Notes: generated by a model not told the origin, from the letters alone. 44,465 nt of DNA from a virus (IMGVR_UViG_3300011435_000008:1-44465), one strand, 5' to 3'. Positions 17,915-26,970 are shown, counted from the stretch's first letter. Numbers and translations are program-made.

Positions 17915-19629
17915 AAAAAATACTATTGATAGGGCTATTACTGGCCAGCCTGGCCACGAGTGCCCAGACCTACACCTACATAGCCCAGCGTAACGAGTGG
18001 CTGGCTGGTATGTTTAGAGCCTTTAATTTGCCTGCCGGACCGGGGCCAGCTGCGTTTCAGTCGGGGCAGATTGTACGGGCTGGTGCGTTATACTACGATA
18101 GCAGCGGAGTGGACGCTGGCCTATACGTCTGGGATGGTGCGGCCTGGGTGGTCAGTGGTGGAGGAGGTGGCGCAGCGGTTTGGGGTGGTATTACGGGAAG
18201 CCTGCCCAGCCAGATAGATTTATGGGACAGTTTAAAAACCAGAGTAGACAACAGCCGAAACCAGACCGCCCTAGCCGGGACAAAAAGCTGGACGGCAAAG
18301 CATACGTTTACAATCGGGGCTACGTCTGGCGTGGCTATGGAACTAAACACGGGAGGCTTTGGCAGTACAAAATTTATTGAGTTTAAAAATAGTGGGTCGG
18401 CAACAGGAGAAATTTTACGCCACTCGTCTGGCGGTTTAACTATTAGTACTACGGCTGGCGGTGCAGCCGAAATGAATATAACTAATAACGGGTCGGCAGG
18501 CATAAGAGTAAATTCGTCCCACGCCTCTGGACTAATTGAATTTATGACTAATACCATACGACGAGGCATATTTAACTCTAGTGGTTTAACACTCGGACAG
18601 TCTGGCACGGCAGTAGGTTTATTAAACCTAGCAGGGGCAACCAGTGGCACGGTAAGCCTGAGAGGACAGCCAGCCGCAGGAACGTGGACGCTGCAACTAC
18701 CCAACGCCTTACCAGCGGCAGACGGTTACGTGCTAAAATCCAGTACGGCAGGCGTAAGCTATTGGGACGTGGACGGGGGAGGCACACCTGTAAATATTTA
18801 CACCGCTGACGGTGCGCTACCTACGAGCGCCAACCGTTTTATAAACTTAGACCTCGGTAGCACCCAGTGGTATAACGGTCGTTTTGGTATAGGGTACAGG
18901 CTACCAGAGGATTTATTTGAGGTTACCAACGAGGACGCTGTGCCGTTAATTGTAGCGCACACCACGGCAGGCGAACAGTACACCGCCATAGGTGCAGCCA
19001 ATACAACGGCAGACGGCTGGGGCCAGTTTTTCACACAGAGCACAGACGACCATACCGAGGTAAATATGTACGCCACCTACGGCACAACACCAGACCCACA
19101 GTACACCGTGGACATAGTGGGCTACGTGGACGCTGATACCTCGTATGTAACCTACCAAGCAGGACAGCATATTTTTGCCGGACCCGTACGGGTGGACGTC
19201 CTTAGCGGTGGTAGCGGTGGCGTGGTGGTAGCCGATGGCGTGGGTAATATATCGGTAGCACCCGCTGGCTCGGCTGACGTGCCAGCCTCGTTAATTATAC
19301 CAGTGGGCGACGAACTAACCAGTATAAGTACGGGCACGGCAAAACGTACTTTTCGCATACCCTACGATATGGCAATAACGGAAGTTTTCGCCAGCCTTTC
19401 CACGGCCTCCAGTAGTGGCCTGCCCACCATAGATATTAAACGAAATGGCACTACCATACTGAGCACGTTAATAACACTGGACGCCACCGAGAAAATAAGC
19501 ACCACCGCAGTTACGCCTCCCGTTATTTCCACCTCCACGCTGACCAAGTACGAGGAAATAACCATAGATATTACCGTGGCAGGCACAGGCGCAAAGGGAC
19601 TAGTTATTTACTTAAACGGCACACGATGA
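17911..19629 (+). CDS. Tail fibre-like protein with an N-terminal Sec-type signal peptide.
   Basis: MKKILLIGLLLASLATSAQ at the N-terminus. Also has a Gly run and the fibre-like segment WGGITGSLPSQIDLWDSLKTR. ATGA overlap with the upstream fibre gene. Confidence 0.6.
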   Translation: MKKILLIGLLLASLATSAQTYTYIAQRNEWLAGMFRAFNLPAGPGPAAFQSGQIVRAGALYYDSSGVDAGLYVWDGAAWVVSGGGGGAAVWGGITGSLPSQIDLWDSLKTRVDNSRNQTALAGTKSWTAKHTFTIGATSGVAMELNTGGFGSTKFIEFKNSGSATGEILRHSSGGLTISTTAGGAAEMNITNNGSAGIRVNSSHASGLIEFMTNTIRRGIFNSSGLTLGQSGTAVGLLNLAGATSGTVSLRGQPAAGTWTLQLPNALPAADGYVLKSSTAGVSYWDVDGGGTPVNIYTADGALPTSANRFINLDLGSTQWYNGRFGIGYRLPEDLFEVTNEDAVPLIVAHTTAGEQYTAIGAANTTADGWGQFFTQSTDDHTEVNMYATYGTTPDPQYTVDIVGYVDADTSYVTYQAGQHIFAGPVRVDVLSGGSGGVVVADGVGNISVAPAGSADVPASLIIPVGDELTSISTGTAKRTFRIPYDMAITEVFASLSTASSSGLPTIDIKRNGTTILSTLITLDATEKISTTAVTPPVISTSTLTKYEEITIDITVAGTGAKGLVIYLNGTR

Positions 19630-21371
19630 AATTATTTTTTTTAATAATACTACTACTCGTTTTTTTCTTCGCCAGTGCGCAGGACGTGGCCTACGTGGGA
19701 GAGCCAGGCCAGCGCCCTGGAGACTTAGACAGCTGCAAGGTGGCCTTATCCATGCGGCTAATTAAAAGCAGCTATACGGGGCCGTGCGTGAAGGTGCGAA
19801 GGTCTAGCGATAACACCACGCAGGATATTGGTTTTGTGGGCACAGACTTTGACGTGGACGCCTTTAACACCTTTGTAGGTGGCGGCAGCGGGTTTGTGGA
19901 GGTATGGTATAACCAGTCTGGCGGCATAGTAAACCCAAACCAGACCACGCTAGCAAACCAGCCACAGGTTACCCTAAACCAGAAAAACGGCCACCCTACG
20001 CTTTACTTTGACGGCACGGACTACTTAGAGTTTGCCGCCAGTACCACCACCTTTAACTTTATACACGTAGTGGGTGGTACTATAAACGTGGTGGCGCAGG
20101 CTGGCACAACGGCAGACCCTAATAACTTTTATTCGTTTTTGGGCAGCAACGGAGTTGCAAGTACAAAGGCTGGTTTTAATGTTTCTTATGATGACCGTGC
20201 AGCGTCCTCTATGAATAACGCGCACGTTTTTCAAGCGTCAAAAGCAGTAAGTGGGCGGCTTGTTTCTGGACATACTTTACTCAATTCGCTAACACCAAAC
20301 GCCTACCACTTAATACAAAATTTTGCGTCCTCGTCCTCGGCCATAGTGGCCGTAGGCTGGACAAAGTGGGACGGGGTAGTAGATAGTGTAAACGTAGTGC
20401 AGACAACGCCAGCTATAACATTGGAAGCAGCGGCAAACGTAAACGCTACGCATAACCTTTGGATAGGCGGTAATGGCGTGGCTGCAAATTTTCCGCTTGT
20501 CGGCTATATTGCAGAAATTACAATTTTTGGCGGCATAAACTACTCGTGGCAGCGAGAAACGGCCATTAATACAAACCAGTACTGGGGCCTATGGATAGGC
20601 AACCAGATAGACCAAGACGCACAGGCCTATATTGACAGGGTGGCAGCGGCAGGCTACGCTATGACCGAGGCCGAAAAGGTGGCCGTAAATAAATACATTA
20701 TAGCCCTAAAGGACGCAAATATTTGGCTTTTCATTATAGACCGGGGCCTACCTATCTGGGGCACTACCACGCCAGCGGCTGCGCTGGTTACGTTTAAGGC
20801 GTCCACAACTTTGGCAGCTTTTAACTCGCCAACATTCAGCACGGATGGCGTGGACTTTAACGGCACAAACCAGTACATAACCACCACCTATAATCCCGGC
20901 ACCATGTCAGGAATAAATAGCCAGCATATTGGTTTTTATTGCACCGAAAACCAAAGTTTGGGTAATATTGATATGGGGTCTATAACGAGCGCACAGTGGG
21001 GTATTATTAGCCTTTATAGCGCAGGGTCAGCACTGGCCAGAATGTGGAACAGCACCACGGGCGCAGTGAGCACAACCGCACCAGCTGACCTACGGGGCTA
21101 CATGATAGGAAGCAGGACAGCGGCAGCGGATTTGCGTTTATTCTGGAACGGTGCGCAGCTAGGTGCTACCCAGACGGGCGCACTGGGCACGAGGCCGACA
21201 CACGCCTACTACATAGGGGCACGAAACAACGGTGGCACAGCGGACGCCTTTAGCGTCAGAAAGTGCGCCATGTGGAGTATTGGCCTGGGCCTTACTGCCG
21301 CACAGGTAGCGCTGGATAATCAGATAACAGAACAATTTTTTGACGACCTCGGTATAGGGGTACAACCTTAA
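19626..21371 (+). CDS. Signal-peptide protein with two LamG/concanavalin-like lectin-type regions.
   Basis: MKLFFLIILLLVFFFASAQ at the N-terminus. Segments ...GHPTLYFDGTDYLEF...LWIGGNG...GYIAEITIFGG and ...GVDFNGTNQYITT...YIGARNNGG...MWSIGLGL resemble LamG-type domains. Confidence 0.5.
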   Translation: MKLFFLIILLLVFFFASAQDVAYVGEPGQRPGDLDSCKVALSMRLIKSSYTGPCVKVRRSSDNTTQDIGFVGTDFDVDAFNTFVGGGSGFVEVWYNQSGGIVNPNQTTLANQPQVTLNQKNGHPTLYFDGTDYLEFAASTTTFNFIHVVGGTINVVAQAGTTADPNNFYSFLGSNGVASTKAGFNVSYDDRAASSMNNAHVFQASKAVSGRLVSGHTLLNSLTPNAYHLIQNFASSSSAIVAVGWTKWDGVVDSVNVVQTTPAITLEAAANVNATHNLWIGGNGVAANFPLVGYIAEITIFGGINYSWQRETAINTNQYWGLWIGNQIDQDAQAYIDRVAAAGYAMTEAEKVAVNKYIIALKDANIWLFIIDRGLPIWGTTTPAAALVTFKASTTLAAFNSPTFSTDGVDFNGTNQYITTTYNPGTMSGINSQHIGFYCTENQSLGNIDMGSITSAQWGIISLYSAGSALARMWNSTTGAVSTTAPADLRGYMIGSRTAAADLRLFWNGAQLGATQTGALGTRPTHAYYIGARNNGGTADAFSVRKCAMWSIGLGLTAAQVALDNQITEQFFDDLGIGVQP

Positions 21372-21377
21372 AAATGT

Positions 21378-21974
21378 ATGAAATATATTTTTTTATTCTT
21401 GTTTATGGCTTTGGCCATAACTACCAGCGCACAAAAAGGCAAACGGGTAAAAGCCGCAGTAAAAGAAAAAATAGAGAGCAGGGACACCGTGCCCAACAAA
21501 CGAAACTGGATGAAAAAGGGCACGGTGCGCACCGAGCCAGTGGACACCGTAGGCGTACCAGCACCACAGGCTGGTAGCCCTCCGTTTAATCTGGACACGG
21601 CAATAATAAACGGCCTAACTTTAAAGGCCAGAGACTGGGCATACCTGACGGCCAGCGTGGATTTAAACCGCAGAGATAGCGCCACCTGGAGCCGTCTCAG
21701 GATTATGAAAAACCAAATAGAGGCGCAGGCCATTAGCGGAGGGTGGAACGCCAACATAACTGTAAACGGTCTGCCAGCCGAGTGGATAGTGAAGGTTTAC
21801 GAGTTTTTGCAGTTAATGACCGTGGGTATGTCAAAGCAAATGGACCCGGCAGCTATTACGGCAATAAGGGCAAAAACAAACTTGCAGTTTTGGTTTGACG
21901 AAATAGACGCGGCATTTCCGCTAAATTATACCCGCGACCGAGACATAGGTAAGCACGTACTTTTAGAACAATAA
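21378..21974 (+). CDS. Hypothetical protein with a signal peptide (198 aa).
   Basis: MKYIFLFLFMALAITTSAQ at the N-terminus. Preferred over the overlapping 67-aa ORF at 21374. Confidence 0.6.
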   Translation: MKYIFLFLFMALAITTSAQKGKRVKAAVKEKIESRDTVPNKRNWMKKGTVRTEPVDTVGVPAPQAGSPPFNLDTAIINGLTLKARDWAYLTASVDLNRRDSATWSRLRIMKNQIEAQAISGGWNANITVNGLPAEWIVKVYEFLQLMTVGMSKQMDPAAITAIRAKTNLQFWFDEIDAAFPLNYTRDRDIGKHVLLEQ

Positions 21975-21985
21975 AAACCAGCACC

Positions 21986-23779
21986 ATGCCAAATATAACA
22001 CTACAAACGCAAGACTTTGACACCGACAAAATAAGGCCTGGGGCAGGCCCAGAGCAGTGGCACAACTCTACTGCACGCATACCTTACCCGACCGACGACC
22101 AGGACGTAAACCAAGAGAACAGCCTGGAAGTTTACTACCGTTTCCAGTGGGCCAGGATAGGCTCGGCCACCGAGGGCCAGTACGATTTTGACTACCTGGA
22201 CAACCTGGTGCGCGACGCCATAGACCACGGCCAAAAACTCAGCTTTGGTATTATGCCCTACAACAGCGACGGCGGAGACGCGCAGTACGACGGGGCCAGT
22301 AGTGCCTACCCGGAGTGGCTGCACAATAAAATGCAGGCCGAGAGTAACCCAGACTGGGTTTATAACGGGGTCTGGATAGCCAACTATAACAGCCAGCACT
22401 ACATAAAGGCACTGCGCGACCTACATACAGCCATTAAGGAGCACTTACTAACCAGCGAGTATAACGGCGTAAAGTACGCAGACGCCATTTTTGTTATAGA
22501 CATTAGAGGTTTTGGCGACTGGGGAGAGTGGCACAGCGGCACGGTGCCCTGGGTAGATTTCCCCAACGGACGCCAGCCCACAGTTTCGGCCCTAAAGGCA
22601 ATAGTGGACGCACACACCCAGATATTTGACCGCTGGCCCCTGGTGCACATGGTGGCAATTTATGACGGTGGTTTTACGGGTATAAACTCGTTTCCACCTT
22701 ACCCGGAACTGGCCCACTATGCCCTTAAAAGTAAAAACGACTGGGGGGACACAGGATTCAGAAAGGACCAGTACGGCGACCCGTCAGAGTACCTGGGCCG
22801 TCTACTGGAGAATAACGAGCAAACGTACGCCGGGTCTGCACCGTTTAAGGAGTACATACTGGCTAAATGGAAAACGGCCCCTATAACTGGAGAGCCTTTA
22901 CCAGGCGGGCTGGATATGACCGACCTAATGCGCCAGGTACAGACCTACCATACTACCAGCGTGGGTAATGGTAACTATGGTCCCTACCCGTCGGACCCTA
23001 ACACCAGGGCACGCATACGGGCCGCCTTTGCAGCCTGCGGCTATAAGCTGCGCGTAAGTGGCGGCACCTTCACCAATACGGCCAGCGCCTTATCGCTGAC
23101 CCTTAACTGGGAAAACGGCGGCATAGGCGTACCCCTGGAGCAGTGGGACGTCGAGGTGCTGGTTAAAGACAGTGGCGGCCAGGTGGTGGAGACTTTGGTT
23201 AGTGAGTTTACCCCGTTTTTAATGCTACCCGGCACCGTGGCAGCCGTGGACAGCCTGCCGCTAACGCTGCCAGCTGGAGACTACACGCTGGCCGTACGGG
23301 TAGTGGACCCGGCAGGCTACCGTGCCCCTATGCCCCTGTATAACGAGGGCCAGGCGGACAGCTACACGCTGGGCAGCTTTACCCTGACCGGGGAGCAGCC
23401 TGGACCTAACGAGCCGCCAGTGGTGGACGCCGGGGCGGACGTGGAAATAACTTTACCGCTGAACGTGGTGCAGCTGGCCGGGTCGGCCACTGACGCCGAC
23501 GGCATGGTAAAAACGGCACGCTGGGAAAAAGTCAGCGGGTCGGGCTGGCTACGTTCGCCGCACGGCCTGGCCTCAGAGGTGCGCGGCCTGGCGGCTGGTA
23601 CCAGCGTCTTTAAGCTGGTCGTTACCGATAACCAGGGAGCCGCTGCCGAGGACCTGGTGGAGGTGCACGTGGCGGCTGCACCAGTTAGCACCCGGCAGCT
23701 GGTAGACGTCCAGGTGAGCACCGAAACCACGACCATTAAAACCTACTCAGATGGCAGTAGTGAAACGACTAAGGCCTAA
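21986..23779 (+). CDS. Glycoside-hydrolase-like (TIM-barrel, GH42/DUF4832-like) protein with a C-terminal PKD/Ig-like domain. Candidate depolymerase or lysis enzyme.
   Basis: ...YYRFQWARIGSATEGQYDFDYLDNLVRDAIDHGQKLSFGIM...IDIRGFGDWGEWH... resembles clan GH-A / DUF4832 blocks. EPPVVDAGADVEITLPLNVVQLAGSATDADG...LVVTDNQGAAAEDLVEVHV is PKD-like. Confidence 0.5.
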   Translation: MPNITLQTQDFDTDKIRPGAGPEQWHNSTARIPYPTDDQDVNQENSLEVYYRFQWARIGSATEGQYDFDYLDNLVRDAIDHGQKLSFGIMPYNSDGGDAQYDGASSAYPEWLHNKMQAESNPDWVYNGVWIANYNSQHYIKALRDLHTAIKEHLLTSEYNGVKYADAIFVIDIRGFGDWGEWHSGTVPWVDFPNGRQPTVSALKAIVDAHTQIFDRWPLVHMVAIYDGGFTGINSFPPYPELAHYALKSKNDWGDTGFRKDQYGDPSEYLGRLLENNEQTYAGSAPFKEYILAKWKTAPITGEPLPGGLDMTDLMRQVQTYHTTSVGNGNYGPYPSDPNTRARIRAAFAACGYKLRVSGGTFTNTASALSLTLNWENGGIGVPLEQWDVEVLVKDSGGQVVETLVSEFTPFLMLPGTVAAVDSLPLTLPAGDYTLAVRVVDPAGYRAPMPLYNEGQADSYTLGSFTLTGEQPGPNEPPVVDAGADVEITLPLNVVQLAGSATDADGMVKTARWEKVSGSGWLRSPHGLASEVRGLAAGTSVFKLVVTDNQGAAAEDLVEVHVAAAPVSTRQLVDVQVSTETTTIKTYSDGSSETTKA

Positions 23780-23850
23780 GCCGTGGCCAAAGCTACTGGT
23801 GGCCGCAGCGGTGCTGGTGGTTACCTTAATTTACTTTAAAGCCTGTAAAA

Positions 23851-24054
23851 ATGAAAACATGGGTCTGGCTGCTTATAATAGCGTTTTTACTGGGCGCTAC
23901 CTGGTGCCTGGTTAAGCATTATTTTCTATGGCTGGAGTACAGGGCCAGCACCAAGCCAGATAAGGCGCTAGATTTTAGCTACCTTACCGTGGGCCTGGGC
24001 CTGGGCCTGGTGGTGGCGGCGGCTACAATTATCTACACAGCATTAAAAAATTAA
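23851..24054 (+). CDS. Small membrane protein with two predicted TM segments; holin candidate.
   Basis: MKTWVWLLIIAFLLGATWCLV... and ...VGLGLGLVVAAATIIYTAL are both hydrophobic. Lies at the end of the late operon. Confidence 0.45.
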   Translation: MKTWVWLLIIAFLLGATWCLVKHYFLWLEYRASTKPDKALDFSYLTVGLGLGLVVAAATIIYTALKN

Positions 24055-24058
24055 GACT

Positions 24059-24220
24059 ATGAGACAGACAATAATTAGACTTTTATTAGTGGTCTTATTC
24101 TTTTTATTACTTGAGTACGTTATTAAGCGCGGCAACGTGGACAGCTTGCTACTGGCCTTTGTCCTGGCCTGGATTTTAGAGGGCGCAGTAGGCGCACTAT
24201 TGACAAAGGGCGGCGTGTAG
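24059..24220 (+). CDS. Small membrane protein (53 aa, 2 TM); second holin/antiholin-like candidate.
   Basis: ATG at 24059; translates MRQTIIRLLLVVLFFLLLEYVIKRGNVDSLLLAFVLAWILEGAVGALLTKGGV, TAG at 24218-24220. Below the ORF-track cutoff. Confidence 0.4.
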   Translation: MRQTIIRLLLVVLFFLLLEYVIKRGNVDSLLLAFVLAWILEGAVGALLTKGGV

Positions 24221-24271
24221 CCAGTAATAAAAATACGTAAGGGGTGGCGGCGACGGCGGCCAGGGTAACGA

Positions 24272-24499
24272 CTAGAGAGAACATATTTGATTTAATAATT
24301 GTTTACCTAACTGAGTTTCGAGTTTTTCGCGGTGGCCATTTTTTACCTGGTCCTTAATTTCCTTTACCACCTGTTTTACCAGGCCCGTTTCGCAGGCCTC
24401 CTGCCAGGCCTTAATCTGCACGGACTGGCTTTTTACTTGTTGCAGCTGGACCGATACGTGGAGCAGGCCTAAATATATTTGCATAGACGTTCTACCCAT
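24272..24499 (-). CDS. Hypothetical coiled-coil protein (75 aa, or shorter from the internal Met).
   Basis: One of only two convincing minus-strand ORFs. Overlaps the stop of the upstream HTH gene. Confidence 0.5.
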   Translation of the reverse strand: MGRTSMQIYLGLLHVSVQLQQVKSQSVQIKAWQEACETGLVKQVVKEIKDQVKNGHREKLETQLGKQLLNQICSL

Positions 24500-24674
24500 T
24501 TTTAGCGGTTAAAAATTCCTTTACTTTTTTCTCGTCTACGTGCAGCACGTGGGCACGGCCAAACTTTTTACGGGCAGTTACGCCGGGTAACTTGTGGCCC
24601 TTTATAATAGCTTTACGCACCGCTGCGTCGGAAATACCGCGCATGGCTGCGTATTGCTGGGTGGTTATTATCAT
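24492..24674 (-). CDS. Small helix-turn-helix DNA-binding protein (excisionase/MerR-like HTH); candidate transcriptional regulator.
   Basis: MIITTQQYAAMRGISDAAVRKAIIKGHKLPGV... is typical of short Xis/AlpA-type HTH proteins. Divergent from the replication operon. Confidence 0.55.
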   Translation of the reverse strand: MIITTQQYAAMRGISDAAVRKAIIKGHKLPGVTARKKFGRAHVLHVDEKKVKEFLTAKNG

Positions 24675-24745
24675 TTTTAAAGTATTTTGACAAATGTATA
24701 AATTAATTTTGGAAGTTACGCAAAAGTTTCTATTTTTGTTTTCTC
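24675..24745 (-). promoter_or_regulatory. Minus-strand promoter for the HTH gene, overlapping the plus-strand promoter.
   Basis: The minus strand reads ...TTTTGcgtaacttccaaaattaatttaTACATTTGtcaaaatactttaaaaATG. The -7 TAcaTTTG is perfect; the -33 spacing (about 22 nt) is slightly long. Confidence 0.5.
24708..24738 (+). promoter_or_regulatory. Plus-strand promoter (variant of the cassette) for the replication operon.
   Basis: TTTG(24708-24711)-gaagttacgcaaaagtttc-TATTTTTG(24731-24738), 19-nt spacer. GAAGTTACGC echoes the cassette GGTGGTTACGC. A direct repeat aaacgcta x2 follows. Confidence 0.6.
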
Positions 24746-24819
24746 AAACGCTAAAACGCTAAACGATGGACGAAACCCACCTTTACCTTTTCAGCGCATT
24801 TTTTAAACTTAATAATTAA

Positions 24820-25185
24820 ATGTTTATGCAAGTAAATGTAACTGTTACACTTGACGCCAGCCCAGCCCTACTGGCAGCTTTACAGGCCCTGGGTGCTAGT
24901 ATTAAACCAGAACCCGCAAAACCCACAAAACCCACCACAAAACCCGCTAAGGTGGAGCCAGTGGAAGTAATAGAGGCGCAGCTGGAGGCTGTGGGCGCAC
25001 TGGAGCCGAGCCAAAACGGCCAGGCCCTTACTATGGAAAAGCTGAGAGCCATAGCAGTACCTAAAAGCAAAGCAGGCCACAGGGACACTATTAAACGCTG
25101 GCTATCTGCCAGAGCCTACGCCAGCCTCCAGGATTTACGCGAGGAGGATTTTGGAGCCTTTCACGAATTTATAAATAGCTTATGA
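24820..25185 (+). CDS. Hypothetical protein with a Pro/Lys-rich linker (121 aa).
   Basis: ATG ORF, first gene of the replication operon. Contains KPEPAKPTKPTTKPAKVEP. Confidence 0.65.
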   Translation: MFMQVNVTVTLDASPALLAALQALGASIKPEPAKPTKPTTKPAKVEPVEVIEAQLEAVGALEPSQNGQALTMEKLRAIAVPKSKAGHRDTIKRWLSARAYASLQDLREEDFGAFHEFINSL

Positions 25186-26333
25186 GCCACGCCATACTTT
25201 CCCCGTCAAGTGCCCACAGGTGGTTAAAGTGCACACCTTCCGCTCAGCTGGAGGCGCTGGAGCCTTATAGTACCTCGTCGTATGCTGACGAGGGCACCCT
25301 GGCCCACCGCCTGGCAGAACTACTGATAAAAAAGCAGCTGGGGCATATTACTACACCTATTTATAAAAACCACCTTTTAGCTATTCAGCACGACGACCTT
25401 TACACGCTGGAAATGGCAGACTACTGCCAGAACTTTGCCGACTATGTTATAGAGCAGTTTAATACCCTGGGCCTGGACGCCATGATTTTTACCGAGGACC
25501 GGGTGGACCTTTCGGAGTTTGTCCCTGGTGGCTTTGGTACGGTGGATATTAGGATAGTGGCCAGCGGCGTGCTGCACGTAATAGACCTGAAATACGGTAA
25601 AGGCGTGCCCGTTTTCGCTGACGACAACCCACAGTTAAAACTCTATGCCCTGGGCGCAGTGCTGGAAATGGAGCATATTTATAACATGGCCGACGTGGTG
25701 CTGACCATTTACCAGCCCAGGCTAGAAAACATAAGCAGCTATTTACTCAGCGTGGAGGAGTTAAAGGCCTGGGGAGAGAGTGAACTGCGGCCACGTGCCG
25801 CCCTGGCCTGGGAAGGAAAGGGAGACTTTGTACCAGGTACGCACTGCCAGTTTTGCAAGATAAAACACAAGTGCCGCGCCCTGGCCGAGTATAACCTGGC
25901 CACTGTCCGGGAGGCGTTTAAAAACCCAGCCCTCCTGGAGCCGGACGAAATAGCCGAAATAGTGCAGGGACAGAAAGCGTTTACTGACTGGATAGGCTCG
26001 GTAGCAGACTACGCCTACGACCAGGCGGTAAACCACGGGGTAACCTGGCCAGGCCTAAAGCTGGTGGAGGGCCGTAGTAACCGGGTCTACACTGACGAGG
26101 TACGTATAACCGAGGTACTACTGGCGCACGGCCTGAGCCTGGAGGAAATACACACCTTAAAGCTAAAGGGCATAACGGAAATGAGTAAGCTACTGGGCAA
26201 GGGAGACTTTGAGCGCATACTAGGGGACTTTATAACAAAACCAGCGGGTAAACCCGTGCTGGTGCCAGAGGCCGACAAACGCGCCGCCTTTGGTGCAGCT
26301 GAGAGAGCAAAGGACGCATTTAAAAATTTTTAA
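25182..26333 (+). CDS. PD-(D/E)XK (Cas4/RecB-like) nuclease, DUF2800-type.
   Basis: N-terminal SPSSAHRWLKCTPS, central ...VDIRIV...HVIDLKYGKG..., and QLKLYAL, plus a C-terminal Cys cluster CQFCKIKHKC. Sits in the usual DUF2800/DUF2815/PolA context. Confidence 0.75.
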   Translation: MSHAILSPSSAHRWLKCTPSAQLEALEPYSTSSYADEGTLAHRLAELLIKKQLGHITTPIYKNHLLAIQHDDLYTLEMADYCQNFADYVIEQFNTLGLDAMIFTEDRVDLSEFVPGGFGTVDIRIVASGVLHVIDLKYGKGVPVFADDNPQLKLYALGAVLEMEHIYNMADVVLTIYQPRLENISSYLLSVEELKAWGESELRPRAALAWEGKGDFVPGTHCQFCKIKHKCRALAEYNLATVREAFKNPALLEPDEIAEIVQGQKAFTDWIGSVADYAYDQAVNHGVTWPGLKLVEGRSNRVYTDEVRITEVLLAHGLSLEEIHTLKLKGITEMSKLLGKGDFERILGDFITKPAGKPVLVPEADKRAAFGAAERAKDAFKNF

Positions 26334-26353
26334 TAATCTAAAACGAGTAAAAC

Positions 26354-26902
26354 ATGGAAACAAAAAACTTAACAAAAGTTATCACTGGCACAGTACGCTT
26401 ATCTTATCTGCATGTATGGGAGCCTACAAGCATGCAGGACGGCGGACCAAAAAAGTACAGCGCCGCGCTGCTTATCCCTAAGAGCGACAAAGCCACAGTA
26501 AAGAAAATTAAGGCCGCCGTGGACGCTGCCGTAGAGGCTGGCGTGCCGAAGTGGGGCGGTAAAAAACCGCCAGCGTTAAAGCTGCCGCTCAGAGACGGGG
26601 ACGCCGAGAGGGCAGACGACCCGGTATACAAAGGGCACTACTTTTTAAATGCGAGTAGTAACCAGCAGCCAGGCGTCCTGGACCGCGATAAAAACGAAAT
26701 GCTGGACAAGGCCCAGCTTTACAGCGGCTGCTACGGCCTGGTAGATATTAATTTTTACCCGTTCAATACCAACGGAAACCGTGGGGTAGCGTGCGGGTTA
26801 AATAATATTTTAAAGGTGAAGGACGGCCCAGCCCTGGGAGGTAAGGAGGCCGCCAGCGTAGCCTTTGCCGACGTCCAGGTGGACGAGGACGAGGACATTT
26901 AA
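26354..26902 (+). CDS. DUF2815-like protein (putative ssDNA-binding protein of this replication module).
   Basis: N-terminus ...VITGTVRLSYLHVWEP... and an acidic C-terminal tail VDEDEDI. Conserved position next to the nuclease and the polymerase. Confidence 0.65.
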   Translation: METKNLTKVITGTVRLSYLHVWEPTSMQDGGPKKYSAALLIPKSDKATVKKIKAAVDAAVEAGVPKWGGKKPPALKLPLRDGDAERADDPVYKGHYFLNASSNQQPGVLDRDKNEMLDKAQLYSGCYGLVDINFYPFNTNGNRGVACGLNNILKVKDGPALGGKEAASVAFADVQVDEDEDI

Positions 26903-26926
26903 CTTTAATGTTTGGATTCATAGTAC

Positions 26927-26953
26927 GGGCTGCGTTTCTACGCGGCCCTTTTT
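26927..26953 (+). terminator. Intrinsic terminator (CGTTTCTAC-loop family).
   Basis: GGGCTGCG-tttcta-CGCGGCCC (one G-T pair) followed by TTTTT. Confidence 0.8.
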
Positions 26954-26955
26954 AA

Positions 26956-26964
26956 TGTGGATAA
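26956..26964 (-). promoter_or_regulatory. Perfect DnaA-box 9-mer (TGTGGATAA, the reverse complement of TTATCCACA).
   Basis: Read directly. Part of the 14-nt string AATGTGGATAACTT, which recurs at 35463-35476. Confidence 0.55.
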
Positions 26965-26970
26965 CTTATA

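Noticed and set aside
13208-23779. Diversity-generating retroelement acting on the tail fibres.
   Set aside because: No reverse transcriptase gene is present, and I saw no template/variable repeat pair anywhere in the window.
23812-23850. CTGGTGGTTACC upstream of the holin-like gene as an eleventh cassette copy.
   Set aside because: It shares only the GGTGGTTAC core. No TAnnTTTG box follows at the required 20-nt spacing, and it lies within an overlapping small ORF. Likely coincidence.
24272-24674. Lysogeny module (repressor plus excisionase), implying a temperate phage.
   Set aside because: No integrase, recombinase, partition or attP-like element was found. The HTH protein alone is insufficient, so lifestyle is left undetermined.
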